A stretch of 49,036 bases of DNA from Candidatus Saccharimonadota bacterium (GCA_029260875.1 JAJDCL010000001.1:1-49036), one strand, 5' to 3'. Shown: positions 7,831-17,511, counted from the first letter of the stretch. Numbers and translations: made by a program. Notes: generated by a model from the letters alone, not told the origin.

Positions 7831-7947
7831 AAAAATAATCTGAATTTACTTCAGGTTATTTTTATCCGCTTTCAGGAAGGAGCAGCCGGAGTTCCGATTC
7901 ACCCGGAACACCGCGCGATGAGGGAACCTATCCCGGTTCCCTCATTA
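7831..7947 (-). repeat. Dispersed two-hairpin element, copy B, followed by an AT-rich terminator-like palindrome
   Basis: ATGAGGGAACC-GGGATA-GGTTCCCTCATC-GCG-CGGTGTTCCG-GGTGAAT-CGGAACTCCG-GCTGCTC; palindrome AAAAATAATCTGAATTTACTTCAGGTTATTTTT at 7831-7863. Confidence 0.7.
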
Positions 7948-7948
7948 T

Positions 7949-8098
7949 CTAGCAGAAGGGGCAGTCGCCTGCGTCCTTTTTGGCCTCCATCTTAGCTAAG
8001 ATTGCTTTTGCTTCATCGGCCTGACTGGTGTCAGCCACCTGATTGTCCTGCTTCTTATCTTCAGTGTTTTTAACTTTTGTTTCTTTTTTGCTCAGCAT
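7949..8098 (-). CDS. Small protein, 49 aa, with C-terminal CPFC motif
   Basis: MLSKKETKVKNTEDKKQDNQVADTSQADEAKAILAKMEAKKDAGDCPFC*; RBS AAAGGA; consensus promoter upstream. Confidence 0.8.
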   Translation of the reverse strand: MLSKKETKVKNTEDKKQDNQVADTSQADEAKAILAKMEAKKDAGDCPFC

Positions 8099-8151
8099 TG
8101 ATATTCCTTTTGTTTTTATTTGTTACTGTTTATTTTACTGTAACCTATTGC

Positions 8152-8180
8152 ATTATATACCGCTTTTGCTTATTTGTCAA
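8152..8180 (-). promoter_or_regulatory. Perfect-consensus sigma70 promoter
   Basis: Minus strand TTGACA (8175-8180)-17 nt-TATAAT (8152-8157). Confidence 0.85.
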
Positions 8181-8191
8181 TACTGGTATAT

Positions 8192-10909
8192 CTAGCCGTT
8201 CAACGCTTCGGGTGTGGCTTCTAATGAGTGTTCTTTATATATGAGTTTGTCTAGGATTGGGTTCATAATCTTCATAAACACAAACAACACCACGCTGCCA
8301 GTTATCATAATTGACCAGTCATGGGCATTGAGCGGGCCGACTTCGAAATAGCCTGCTAGCCCTGGGGTGTAGAGTACTGCTAGCTGTAGGGCTAATGACG
8401 AAACAATCGCCACTGACAGCCATGGGTTGGCAAACCAGCGGATTTTATAGTCGGTTCTTATGTCTACCAACCGCACTATTTCGTATACAACCATAGCTGT
8501 AAATGCTGCTGAGACTGCTGCTATGCGAGACTCGTGCGTGTGGTTGTACCAATATTGGCCTGTCAAAAACACGCTCATGATAGTCCCGAAAATAAATATT
8601 TCTGCCCAAACCCGCGACGAGACAATGGCTTCTTGAAACCGCTTTGGCTTAGACGATAATATATTAGCCTGAGCTGGGTCAGAGCCCAGTGCCACGGCTG
8701 GTAATCCGTCTGTGACAATGTTAATAAATAGCAACTGTGCGGCCGTTAAAATAAGATCATTAAAGAAAATAATACCCAGCACAACCGTAATAACCTCAGC
8801 TATGTTGCAACTAATAAGGAAGTTAACAAATTTGCGGACATTATCAAAGATACCCCGACCTTCTTCAATCGCATTAATAATGGTTAAGAACTGATCGTCC
8901 AGCAAGATAAGATCGGCAGCTTCTTTGGATACGTCTGTGCCAGTAATCCCCATAGCTATACCAATATCAGCAGCTTTAATGGCTGGAGCATCATTAACAC
9001 CATCCCCAGTCATAGCTACCTGGTGCCCGTGCTTTTTAAGCGCCTGGACTATCCGTATCTTGTGTTCGGGGTCTACGCGCGCATATACGCCAATGGTTTC
9101 TGCACGCTTCTCAAATTCCTCCTGGCTAAGCTTGCCCAGTTCCGTGCCAGAGATCGCGTCCCCTGTAATGCCAATCTCTTTGGCAACTGCTTTTGCCGTC
9201 TCTATATAGTCGCCAGTTATCATGATCACCTTCATGCCGGCCTCGGACTGGACGCGGTGGATTACTTCTATAACTTCTTCGCGCGGGGGATCCATCATGG
9301 CCTGTAACCCGATAAATGTTAGACCCTTTTCGGCATCGGGCTCATTCTTAGGCTGTAGTTTTGTCTGCTTGCTGGCAAATGCAAGTACGCGCAAAGCTTG
9401 TGCAGAAAAGCGTTCGTTCATGTTCCATATTTCTTGCTTAACAGCCTCTGTTAAGGGTTTGGCGTGGCCGTTTTTATCATAATATTCGCTGCAACGCTCA
9501 AGCACCATCTCTAGAGCGCCTTTTGCTGCCACAATATATTCCCCTTTGGGGGCTTTGTGGACCGTGCTCATGCGCTTTCGCTCTGAGGAAAATGGGAATT
9601 CTTGAATTCTGGGGTAGTTTGTTGTCAGAGCGGCCGCGTCAATGCGTCCTTTGCCTGCTGAGACAATTAGTGAGCCCTCGGTTGGATCTCCGAGCACCAC
9701 ACCTTCTCGTACGGTGGAGTTGTTACACAACACCCCAACTTCTAATAAATGCTGCAATCCAGGCGCTTGGCTTTTAAAAGAGAATTCCCCCTTCATTTCG
9801 TAACCACTACCGCTAACTGAGCCTTCCTGAGAGTTTACATAAAGAGCCCTCACCGTCATTTCGCCTTTTGTCAGTGTCCCGGTTTTATCTGAACAAATGA
9901 TATCTGTGCTGCCTAACGCTTCAACAGCCGACAGCTTCCTTACAAGTGCGTTTTTGCCTGCCATGCGCCTTGCTCCAAGCGCCAAGCTAATACGGACCAC
10001 AAAGGCCAACCCCTCAGGAATCGCCGCCACGGCCAGCGCAACCGCTGCTGTAAATGCAAATATGAGGTGATGGATTAGCCCCTTATCATTGCCCTCACGT
10101 ACAAAGAACAACACAATGAAAAAAACTACGGCACAGATTATTGCAATAAAATAGCCAAGTTTTCTGCCTAGGTCATCAAGTTTTTTCTGCATTGGAGTGT
10201 CTTCGTTTTCAACGCCACTTACAAGATCAGCTATCTTGCCAATTTCGGTATGCTGCCCCGTGCCAGCAACCACACCCAGCCCGCTTCCAGATGTCAGAAA
10301 CGTACCAGCAAAAACCATACATTTTTGATCTCCGAGTGGAACATCTTGGTCAAGCCTATCGGTATTTTTATTGACTGGGAGGGATTCGCCTGTCAGGCTT
10401 GCTTCGTTACACGCCAGGCCACTTACCTCTATAAGTCGGATGTCGGCCGGCACCTTTTGCCCAGCCTCAAGAATGACAATATCGCCTGGTACTAGTTCGG
10501 CTGCATCAATTTCTTTGACCTCGCCACTGCGACGTACGCGAGCCTTAAAGCCAACTAATTTACTAAGCGCTTCAACGGTTTTCTCGGCCTTATACTCGTT
10601 AAAAAAGCCAACCAACGCAATCGCAACCACGATAGCAATTATCAGCAACGACTCTTTGACGCTGCCGCCCTCTTCTACAAATGCCAGCCCAAAAGATACT
10701 GTGGCAGCAATGATTAACACAACTATCAAGGCGTCTTTAAACTGGTTTAAGAATAATTTAAAAGGGTTCAGCTTGCTGCCACGATGAAGCTCGTTGCGCC
10801 CAGACTGTTTAGCACGAGCCGACGCTTCTTCCTCGGACAGGCCTTGATCTTTTGCTACGGAAAGTTGCTTAAGCAACTCATCCGAAGATAGTTGATACCA
10901 CCGTTTCAT
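8192..10909 (-). CDS. Cation-transporting P-type ATPase (type II, Ca2+-like)
   Basis: TGES, IPEGL, DKTGTLT, TGD, GDGVNDAPA; 10-TM layout. Confidence 0.95.
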   Translation of the reverse strand: MKRWYQLSSDELLKQLSVAKDQGLSEEEASARAKQSGRNELHRGSKLNPFKLFLNQFKDALIVVLIIAATVSFGLAFVEEGGSVKESLLIIAIVVAIALVGFFNEYKAEKTVEALSKLVGFKARVRRSGEVKEIDAAELVPGDIVILEAGQKVPADIRLIEVSGLACNEASLTGESLPVNKNTDRLDQDVPLGDQKCMVFAGTFLTSGSGLGVVAGTGQHTEIGKIADLVSGVENEDTPMQKKLDDLGRKLGYFIAIICAVVFFIVLFFVREGNDKGLIHHLIFAFTAAVALAVAAIPEGLAFVVRISLALGARRMAGKNALVRKLSAVEALGSTDIICSDKTGTLTKGEMTVRALYVNSQEGSVSGSGYEMKGEFSFKSQAPGLQHLLEVGVLCNNSTVREGVVLGDPTEGSLIVSAGKGRIDAAALTTNYPRIQEFPFSSERKRMSTVHKAPKGEYIVAAKGALEMVLERCSEYYDKNGHAKPLTEAVKQEIWNMNERFSAQALRVLAFASKQTKLQPKNEPDAEKGLTFIGLQAMMDPPREEVIEVIHRVQSEAGMKVIMITGDYIETAKAVAKEIGITGDAISGTELGKLSQEEFEKRAETIGVYARVDPEHKIRIVQALKKHGHQVAMTGDGVNDAPAIKAADIGIAMGITGTDVSKEAADLILLDDQFLTIINAIEEGRGIFDNVRKFVNFLISCNIAEVITVVLGIIFFNDLILTAAQLLFINIVTDGLPAVALGSDPAQANILSSKPKRFQEAIVSSRVWAEIFIFGTIMSVFLTGQYWYNHTHESRIAAVSAAFTAMVVYEIVRLVDIRTDYKIRWFANPWLSVAIVSSLALQLAVLYTPGLAGYFEVGPLNAHDWSIMITGSVVLFVFMKIMNPILDKLIYKEHSLEATPEALNG

Positions 10910-10997
10910 GTGTTCGCCTGTATGTCCTAATTTCTGTTGAGATAACCTCTTTACATGGTATAGTGTTTACAATACATAAGCAAAATGAATATAAAGA

Positions 10998-11924
10998 GTG
11001 GGCCTGATGTTATTTGCACAAGCAGACCTTGAACAACAGATTATAGAGCTAGCTATCAGAACTGTGGTCACGGCTTCTATCGCGCTGATCGTGTTAGTTG
11101 TAGTTGCAGCAGGCACTAAAGATAAGTTGCCAGCACTAAAACTGCCGCTCTTTGTGCTGATCGCATTCACCATGATAGGGACGACGGTGATTTTATTTGG
11201 GAGCACTATCTATCTGAATATGAAATCTGAATCTGGAGGTCCGGTACACTGGCATTCAGAAATAGAATTCTGGTCATGTGGTGCAGAGTTAAACTTGAGA
11301 GATCCAGTGGGCTTTTTGTCTAATAAAATCGGGACTGCTACTTATCATGAGCACAACGACAAGCACATTCACCTTGAAGGGGTCGTAGTCCAGAAAAGTC
11401 ACGATGCTTCACTTGGCAAGTTTATGGAAGTTACGGGCGGATATATCAACCAAGGCGCCCTAGCGATTCCGCTAAATAAAGATCAAGGTACTTGGTTTGC
11501 GGCTGGCAGTCAGATTGATGGCGACAAGCAACGCTCGGAAAACTTCGGCCTAGCTACCAATGAAAACCAATGGATAACACATGATGACAAGGGCGCGGTT
11601 CTAGCATTGCGTGACGGACAATACTGTAGCGGGAGCCACTCAGCGCCTGCCGAGGTACAAGTATTCGTATATAGTTATGATAAACCTTCAAAAACATACG
11701 CCCAGCGCAAACTAGATAACCCAGCACAGTATGTGTTAAGGGAGGAGTCCGCTCTTGGCCCGCCTGCTGACTGCGTTATTGTTGAATATGACGCACCAAA
11801 AGCGCGAACAGACAAACTATGCCAACAGTATGGCGTAAAAGATGCAGACCGCTGCACCGAATTTGGCGTCAAAGAATATGACGGTGAACTTTGCAACATC
11901 CGTGAAGTAAGGAGTAGTGAATAA
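10998..11924 (+). CDS. Hypothetical membrane-anchored His/Cys-motif protein
   Basis: 2 TM followed by VHWH..CG and YHEHNDKHIHLEG motifs; Cys-rich C-terminus. Confidence 0.75.
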   Translation: MGLMLFAQADLEQQIIELAIRTVVTASIALIVLVVVAAGTKDKLPALKLPLFVLIAFTMIGTTVILFGSTIYLNMKSESGGPVHWHSEIEFWSCGAELNLRDPVGFLSNKIGTATYHEHNDKHIHLEGVVVQKSHDASLGKFMEVTGGYINQGALAIPLNKDQGTWFAAGSQIDGDKQRSENFGLATNENQWITHDDKGAVLALRDGQYCSGSHSAPAEVQVFVYSYDKPSKTYAQRKLDNPAQYVLREESALGPPADCVIVEYDAPKARTDKLCQQYGVKDADRCTEFGVKEYDGELCNIREVRSSE

Positions 11925-12628
11925 TGCTTGATTTACCTACTCTTGGGCTAGTAATAACCTCCGCCGCGATTGATTCAATCAACCCCTGCGCTATCGGCGT
12001 TCTGATACTAATGGTGTCGGTGATTATGGGCCAAGGTGGTGGTACTAAAAAACTAATCCAAAATGGGCTAGCCTACATTGGTGCGATCTTTTTGACTTAT
12101 CTTATAGCCGGGCTTGGTTTAATCGTGGCGTTTGCATCTATCCCGATACTGGTAGCTGAGTATCTGTCATTATTTGTTGGAGCTCTTGTGGTTGTTGCTG
12201 GGCTAATTGAGATAAAGGATTACTTTTGGTATGGCAAAGGATTCTCGCTGCAAATTCCCAAATACTTCGCCAATAAAATTCATGAATATTCTACAACCAA
12301 GACCAGTACCTGGGGCGTTATGCTCCTGGGGGCATTCGTTGCTGCTGTCGAGCTACCCTGCACCGGCGCCCCGTATCTAGCGATCATTACTATCCTTAGG
12401 ATAGATTTTAACCTTATAGCTTTCGGATTGATGATCCTATATAACCTTATCTTCGTTGCGCCGTTGCTTATTATTTTGTTTATGGTAGCTGGCGGTGCCA
12501 AAATTAGTGATGTGTCTAAGTGGAAAGAGGAAAGTAAAGGCACTATGCGACTGTTTATGGGTCTACTGTTAGCCGCTCTTGGCTGGATATTAATATTAAT
12601 AGCAAACGGCACAATAAACTTTGGATAA
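11924..12628 (+). CDS. CcdA/DsbD-like cytochrome c biogenesis transmembrane protein
   Basis: 6 TM with the DSINPCAI and ELPCTGAPYL Cys pair. Confidence 0.85.
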   Translation: MLDLPTLGLVITSAAIDSINPCAIGVLILMVSVIMGQGGGTKKLIQNGLAYIGAIFLTYLIAGLGLIVAFASIPILVAEYLSLFVGALVVVAGLIEIKDYFWYGKGFSLQIPKYFANKIHEYSTTKTSTWGVMLLGAFVAAVELPCTGAPYLAIITILRIDFNLIAFGLMILYNLIFVAPLLIILFMVAGGAKISDVSKWKEESKGTMRLFMGLLLAALGWILILIANGTINFG

Positions 12629-12631
12629 ACA

Positions 12632-12904
12632 ATGAAACATATCGTTAAACGAGCCGGGCACAGCGAAAATTACGATGAGCGTAAGCTTTATGCAAGTATT
12701 TACGCGGCATGTTTGAGCGTCCGTGAGCACCCTGGTTCAGCCGAGCTAGTCGCTCAAGAAGTTGTTGAGCAATTTGCGAGGTGGCTAGAAAGCAAGCACG
12801 AGATTTCATCAAATGATATACGTCGTGTCGCTGGAAGTTACCTAAAACAACTTAATCCCGATGCAGGGCATATGTATCTGCTCCACCGGAGCCATCATGT
12901 GTAA
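12632..12904 (+). CDS. Stand-alone ATP-cone domain protein
   Basis: IVKRAGHSENYDERKLYASIYAA...ISSNDIRR pattern. Confidence 0.8.
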   Translation: MKHIVKRAGHSENYDERKLYASIYAACLSVREHPGSAELVAQEVVEQFARWLESKHEISSNDIRRVAGSYLKQLNPDAGHMYLLHRSHHV

Positions 12905-13033
12905 GAACAATTCTTCATTTCACTTTTGCCAATTATCAGAGATTTCCCGCTGAGGTATATTAAGTGTTAAATGCTAAATTAATGACAAATGAAAAATGTG
13001 AACTGCTAAATGCTTTGACGCGAAGGCAAAGCA

Positions 13034-14422
13034 ATGTATAAGGTAAAACACAAACGACCGGCTTATTACGATTATGACTTAATAGTTATAGGTACTGGCG
13101 CAGGTGGTGGCGTAGCTGCCCATATTGCTGCCAAAGCTGGCAAAAAAGTTGCTGTTGTGGAGATGGAAAAGATAGGTGGCGAATGCCCTAACTTTGGCTG
13201 CGTACCCACCAAGGCGCTGTTAATGGCCGCAGAAACTTATCAGACAGCCCTAAATGGTGAGCGCTTTGGCTTGCGTACAGAGAAGGTCGCGTACGATTAC
13301 AACGCCGTGAAGGCCTGGAAGGACCGAGCTGTCTTACACACAGGCACCGAAGAAGGTGCAGCGTTTTATGCTCAAGAAGGCATCAAAGTCATTACCGGTC
13401 ATGCGCATTTTATTAGCCCGTGGAGTATTTCTGTTAATGGTCGGCGCTATGTTGCCCATAAGTTTCTTATAGCCACAGGCACTAAATCTGTCGTACCGCC
13501 CATCCCTGGCCTTGTAGAGGCTGGTTATATGACCTACAGGGACGCCATAGAGCTGACCGAACCGCCTAAATCGCTTTTTGTGATTGGTGGTGGTGCTATT
13601 GGCTGTGAATTTACCGAACTATTCAGCTCCTTTGGCACGAAAGTGCATATTGCCGATATGGCGCCCAGACTTATTGGGCTGGAAGATCCAGAAGTAGGCG
13701 AGCTTGTTGGGGCTTTGTTTAAAAACCGTGGCGTAGTCGTCTACACAGGAGCCAAAATCACACGGGTCAGCAAAGACGGCGCTCGTAAGGTAGTACATTT
13801 TGAAACCGCTGGAACCACGCATAAAGTTACCGTAGATGAAATACTGCTTTCTTCTGGCAAAACGCCAAACACAGACCTAGGGCTAGAAAATGCCGATGTT
13901 GTATATGATAGAGGTGGGATCAAGGTTAATGACCACATGCAGACTTCGTCAAAGCACATTTACGCTGCCGGAGACATCGTTGGGCCATACCGCTTTACCC
14001 ACACAGCGTCATACCAAAGCCGGGTCGCTGCGCACAATATGTTTCACCGAGAAAACCAAGTTGTCGCTAAATACCATGCAGTACCGCGTTGCGTTTTTAC
14101 CGATCCAGAGATCGCTTGCGTAGGCTACACCGAACAACAATTGAAAGAAAAGGGTTTTGCATATCAGGCAGGGATTGTTCCTATTACAGTTATTGGTCGG
14201 GCTAATACTAGCGGTGTTGATAGTGGGTTTGTGAAAGTTATTGCCAGCAAAAAAGGCACATTGCTAGGTGCAAGCATAGTCAGCCCAAGGGCAGGAGAAA
14301 TGATCCACGAGCTTACACTGGCAATTCAGCACGGCATGAAAGCCCGTCAGGTTGCCGAGACAATCCATGCCTTCCCTACTTGGTCAGAAGCAGTCCGCGC
14401 CGCCTGCAACAAAATCAAATAA
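13034..14422 (+). CDS. Class-I pyridine nucleotide-disulfide oxidoreductase (LpdA/MerA-like)
   Basis: GTGAGG, GGECPNFGCVPTK, GGGAIGCE, IYAAGD, HAFPTWSE. Confidence 0.92.
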   Translation: MYKVKHKRPAYYDYDLIVIGTGAGGGVAAHIAAKAGKKVAVVEMEKIGGECPNFGCVPTKALLMAAETYQTALNGERFGLRTEKVAYDYNAVKAWKDRAVLHTGTEEGAAFYAQEGIKVITGHAHFISPWSISVNGRRYVAHKFLIATGTKSVVPPIPGLVEAGYMTYRDAIELTEPPKSLFVIGGGAIGCEFTELFSSFGTKVHIADMAPRLIGLEDPEVGELVGALFKNRGVVVYTGAKITRVSKDGARKVVHFETAGTTHKVTVDEILLSSGKTPNTDLGLENADVVYDRGGIKVNDHMQTSSKHIYAAGDIVGPYRFTHTASYQSRVAAHNMFHRENQVVAKYHAVPRCVFTDPEIACVGYTEQQLKEKGFAYQAGIVPITVIGRANTSGVDSGFVKVIASKKGTLLGASIVSPRAGEMIHELTLAIQHGMKARQVAETIHAFPTWSEAVRAACNKIK

Positions 14423-14517
14423 CAAACCTATGGCTGCAGTGTATGGGATAAGCTTTTGCTTATTGTCCTCAAACCATGCAGAAAATAAAAATCACTCTAG
14501 CGAGTGACAGTTATTTT

Positions 14518-14593
14518 TGGTGGGGGTGGATGGAATCGAACCATCTACCAAGCGGTTATGAGCCGCCTGCTCTAACCGATGAGCTACACCCCC
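14518..14593 (-). tRNA. tRNA-Ile2 (CAT, lysidine type)
   Basis: GGGGGTGTAGCTCATCGGTTAGAGCAGGCGG-CTCATAA-CCGCTTGGTAGATGGTTCGATTCCATCCACCCCCACCA cloverleaf. Ile2 is inferred from the GGG acceptor stem and the presence of the other two CAT tRNAs. Confidence 0.9.
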
Positions 14594-14806
14594 TCGGCCT
14601 GCCTTATTCTAACAGAGAGATTATAGATTAAAAATCCTTAGGTTGGTATGTGTTTTATTTAAAACACCAGAATTGCTCTGTGGAGCGATACTTTCAATAC
14701 CTTTATGTTTCTGCGGCGATATAGGTGCCCCACCTATTAATGTAGAGAGTAGCTCCTAGTACCACTGCTCCGCACTCATCTCCGGCTAATAGATAATAGT
14801 AACGGC

Positions 14807-14959
14807 TCAGTACAGGCTGCTGTCACCGCGCATAAACACGTAGTAGACCAGACCATACACAATTGACGCAACCACCAGATATATAACTACCCATTGCCAC
14901 ATTGGCCGCTTGCCATAGCTTTTTGGTTGTTGGTTTGACGATTGTAGTTCCGGATCCAT
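14807..14959 (-). CDS. Small single-TM protein, 50 aa
   Basis: MDPELQSSNQQPKSYGKRPMWQWVVIYLVVASIVYGLVYYVFMRGDSSLY*; RBS AAAGGGG; TATAAT upstream. Confidence 0.75.
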   Translation of the reverse strand: MDPELQSSNQQPKSYGKRPMWQWVVIYLVVASIVYGLVYYVFMRGDSSLY

Positions 14960-15040
14960 CTTAAGCACCCCTTTAATTAACACCTCTAATTATACTCCGC
15001 TTGTACAAGATGCCTCGGTTGAAGAAGTAATCTCTAGAGT

Positions 15041-15469
15041 TTAAACTGCGCGGTTGCGGCGATTTATGGTAAGTAGCCTTACGATACCGTAGCCCAGCAA
15101 AGCGTATACAGCCATGGCAACCAGTGTTTCTACCTCAAATCGGGCAACCCCATAACGTACCTGATATCCGAACAGGCCAAAGAATGGCGCCGCAAACGGA
15201 TAAGTAATACTGTAGATCAAATCGGCAAAGGCATTGGCACGATTGGCGCCGAGCATAGATAATGCAAATCTGAACGCCAAGAGTACAGTGACTACCCCTG
15301 TTATAAACCAAGCGACTCGGGCTGCGGTATTGGGCGTGTCGTCACGTACTACCGTTCTCTGAGCAACAACCGGTTCATCAGACGTGCTAGTGGTAACCCT
15401 GCGTACTACTTGCTCGGAGTCGCCCTTGCCAACAACTTTCTCTCGTGTTTCTTGAATTTGTTCGGCCAT
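15041..15469 (-). CDS. YggT-like membrane protein
   Basis: LLAFRFALSMLGAN...FADLIYSITYPFAAPFFGLF...LVAMAVYALL. Confidence 0.75.
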   Translation of the reverse strand: MAEQIQETREKVVGKGDSEQVVRRVTTSTSDEPVVAQRTVVRDDTPNTAARVAWFITGVVTVLLAFRFALSMLGANRANAFADLIYSITYPFAAPFFGLFGYQVRYGVARFEVETLVAMAVYALLGYGIVRLLTINRRNRAV

Positions 15470-15544
15470 TTGGTAGATCTCCTTTAAATTACAGACCCCT
15501 TAACTATGCCTTTGATTTAATAATCGGACTGTTAGAATTCTCTT

Positions 15545-16093
15545 TTACAAGATTAGCATCAACAGTGCCATAGCAGACATACCAAAATCTTCTACAAAAC
15601 TTACCTTAGACAAAGGCAGCTTAATGAATGTGCCTAGGCAAGCACACATAATGTTAGACTTGTTGCGCAGCTCCTGCCAGACACCAACGGCTCCGGTGCT
15701 CGTGATCAGTAAGGTTATAAGGTTAAGGGTGTTGGAGTTATCAAAAAGCAAGTAGGCTACCCCCAGCACGCCCTCAACAAAAGGGTAGGCATAAGCCCAC
15801 AGTTTGAAACGTTTGGCAATTATGTCATAGCCCATATACGCGCCAACGAAGTTTTCCATATTAATGAACTTGAATGTTGCAAAAGTAATAAAGAAAACTG
15901 CCATGAAGTCACTAAAAAACCGTTCCAGCCCCCAACCACGAGCCCAGCCAAGCAGCAAGCTAACAGCTAATATCCCGCCGATTACACCCGCAAACTTCTT
16001 ATATTCCTTGGGAGATTCATCCACCCCTTCGTCCAGATGGATATGATGAACTTCGTTATCGTCATGCATAGTCGTAAACATTCTATCATGCAC
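15545..16093 (-). CDS. MauE/DoxX-family membrane protein with His-rich N-terminus
   Basis: FMAVFFITFATFK, YDIIAK, YPFVE, CACLGT..KLPLSKVSFVED. Confidence 0.8.
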   Translation of the reverse strand: MHDRMFTTMHDDNEVHHIHLDEGVDESPKEYKKFAGVIGGILAVSLLLGWARGWGLERFFSDFMAVFFITFATFKFINMENFVGAYMGYDIIAKRFKLWAYAYPFVEGVLGVAYLLFDNSNTLNLITLLITSTGAVGVWQELRNKSNIMCACLGTFIKLPLSKVSFVEDFGMSAMALLMLIL

Positions 16094-16149
16094 CTATTGC
16101 TGGTATGTTGAGCTAGCGCTGGACACATTTTAGGGCTTAATACCGCCAC

Positions 16150-17107
16150 TTAGGCGCTGCGAACATTCTGCAAGGTTACTAAGAGCTCGTTCGCAGTGTT
16201 ACACCCCACTAGCTCTTCACGTAGCTCTTTGGCGCTATCAAAGCCATTGATATAAACTTTACAAAAATATATTAAGAGTATGGAGTTTGCGCTCGCCGTT
16301 TGGCCAGGTCTTCATAAAGAGTTTAATATGGCTTTTGTATAAATCCAGTCGTTGTTGCTTTGTGTAGCTATGCCATGGGCTGGCCTTAGCGAAAACAAAA
16401 GGATCATGGAAAACACCACGGCCAATCATGATGCCGTCTAGCTTGTGCTTTTTGGCTAGTTCTATTCCTGCCTGTCTCGTCATGACATCGCCATTGCCGA
16501 TAATTGTCGTAGCAGGAAAGAGCTGGTCGCGCAGTTCACGCACCGCACCGATCATTTCCCAGTTCGGCGGCGCTTCACTTAGCTGCTTGGCGGTCCGACC
16601 ATGGACAGTTAACGCGTTAAGTTTTTGGTTAAGAAGCAGTTCGTGCCAGGTTAAGTCAATTTTATTAAACCCAAGGCGAGTTTTGACGCTAATAGGCAAA
16701 CCGCCGGCGCCCTCTTGTGTCGCCTTAATTATTTCAATGGCCCGTTCCCTGTTGTTGATCAGCGCCACGCAGCAGCCGTTTTTGATCACGGTCTTTACCG
16801 GGCAGCCCATATTCAGGTCAACCCCCGCGTATCCCATAACCTTAAGCTCCTTGGCTGTTTTATAAAAATTTTCCGGCGTCTTACCCCACAACTGCGCGAT
16901 AACCGGCCGGTCGGTCTTAGCCAGCTTCAGCTTTGGTATTAGCTTTTCGCGCCCAGGACTTTGCAGCCCGTCTACATTAACAAACTCAGTAAAGTACAAA
17001 TCTGGCGGAGCTGTGTTGGCAATAATCTGACGAAAAACCGTGTCGGTCACATCGTCCATTGGTGCCAATATAAAAAATGGCTTAGGCAATTCATCCCAAA
17101 TAGTCAT
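16150..17107 (-). pseudogene. dus: tRNA-dihydrouridine synthase, frameshifted near the C-terminus
   Basis: LAPMDDVTD, DLNMGCP, VHGRT, GNGD, MIGRG. ORF stops at 16259; removing one base of the T5 run (16263-16267) restores FCKVYINGFDSAKELREEL...SA* ending at 16150. Confidence 0.85.
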
Positions 17108-17118
17108 GACCTATTATT

Positions 17119-17511
17119 CTAACCGACACATTGCTCTTGGTCACTAATTATCGGGGGCTGGCTCATATCCATCATTTGAACCGGTTCAATTTGTACCTGT
17201 CGCCTTGTGCTTGAGACGCCCAGGGCAGCCCGCCACAGAGGCCCTACAACCCTAAGCTGCGCCTTTCTTTCTTCAGGTGTAGGTGTAGGATTATTAGAGT
17301 TACTAGCTGGAACGTCCAGCATCTCGTCTCGCACACGCCTTAAATAATCGGCCTCGTTGCTATTTTGTTCATTGCTTGTTAACCGCCTGGCATTTGGCTG
17401 TGCAGCCTGAGGCGATCTAAGATATGGCAATAGACTGTCTGGGTCGCTTCTTGGATCGCCAGAATCAGAAGGTTCAAATTCAGATATATCTATTGGTTTT
17501 GAACTATCCAT
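17119..17511 (-). CDS. Hypothetical protein (low complexity)
   Basis: ORF with probable start at MDSSKP (17511); no recognisable motif. Confidence 0.5.
   Translation of the reverse strand: MDSSKPIDISEFEPSDSGDPRSDPDSLLPYLRSPQAAQPNARRLTSNEQNSNEADYLRRVRDEMLDVPASNSNNPTPTPEERKAQLRVVGPLWRAALGVSSTRRQVQIEPVQMMDMSQPPIISDQEQCVG

Noticed and set aside
7872-7890. TCAGGAAGGAGCAGCC resembling SRP RNA helix 8
   Set aside because: It lacks the CCGGAAGG stem-loop and the long closing helix, recurs at 29369, and G-U pairs favour the opposite strand.
7880-7947. Hammerhead or group II intron DV/DVI reading of the repeated element
   Set aside because: No CUGAUGA plus GAAA core, and no DV stem with AGC triad pairing and AC bulge.
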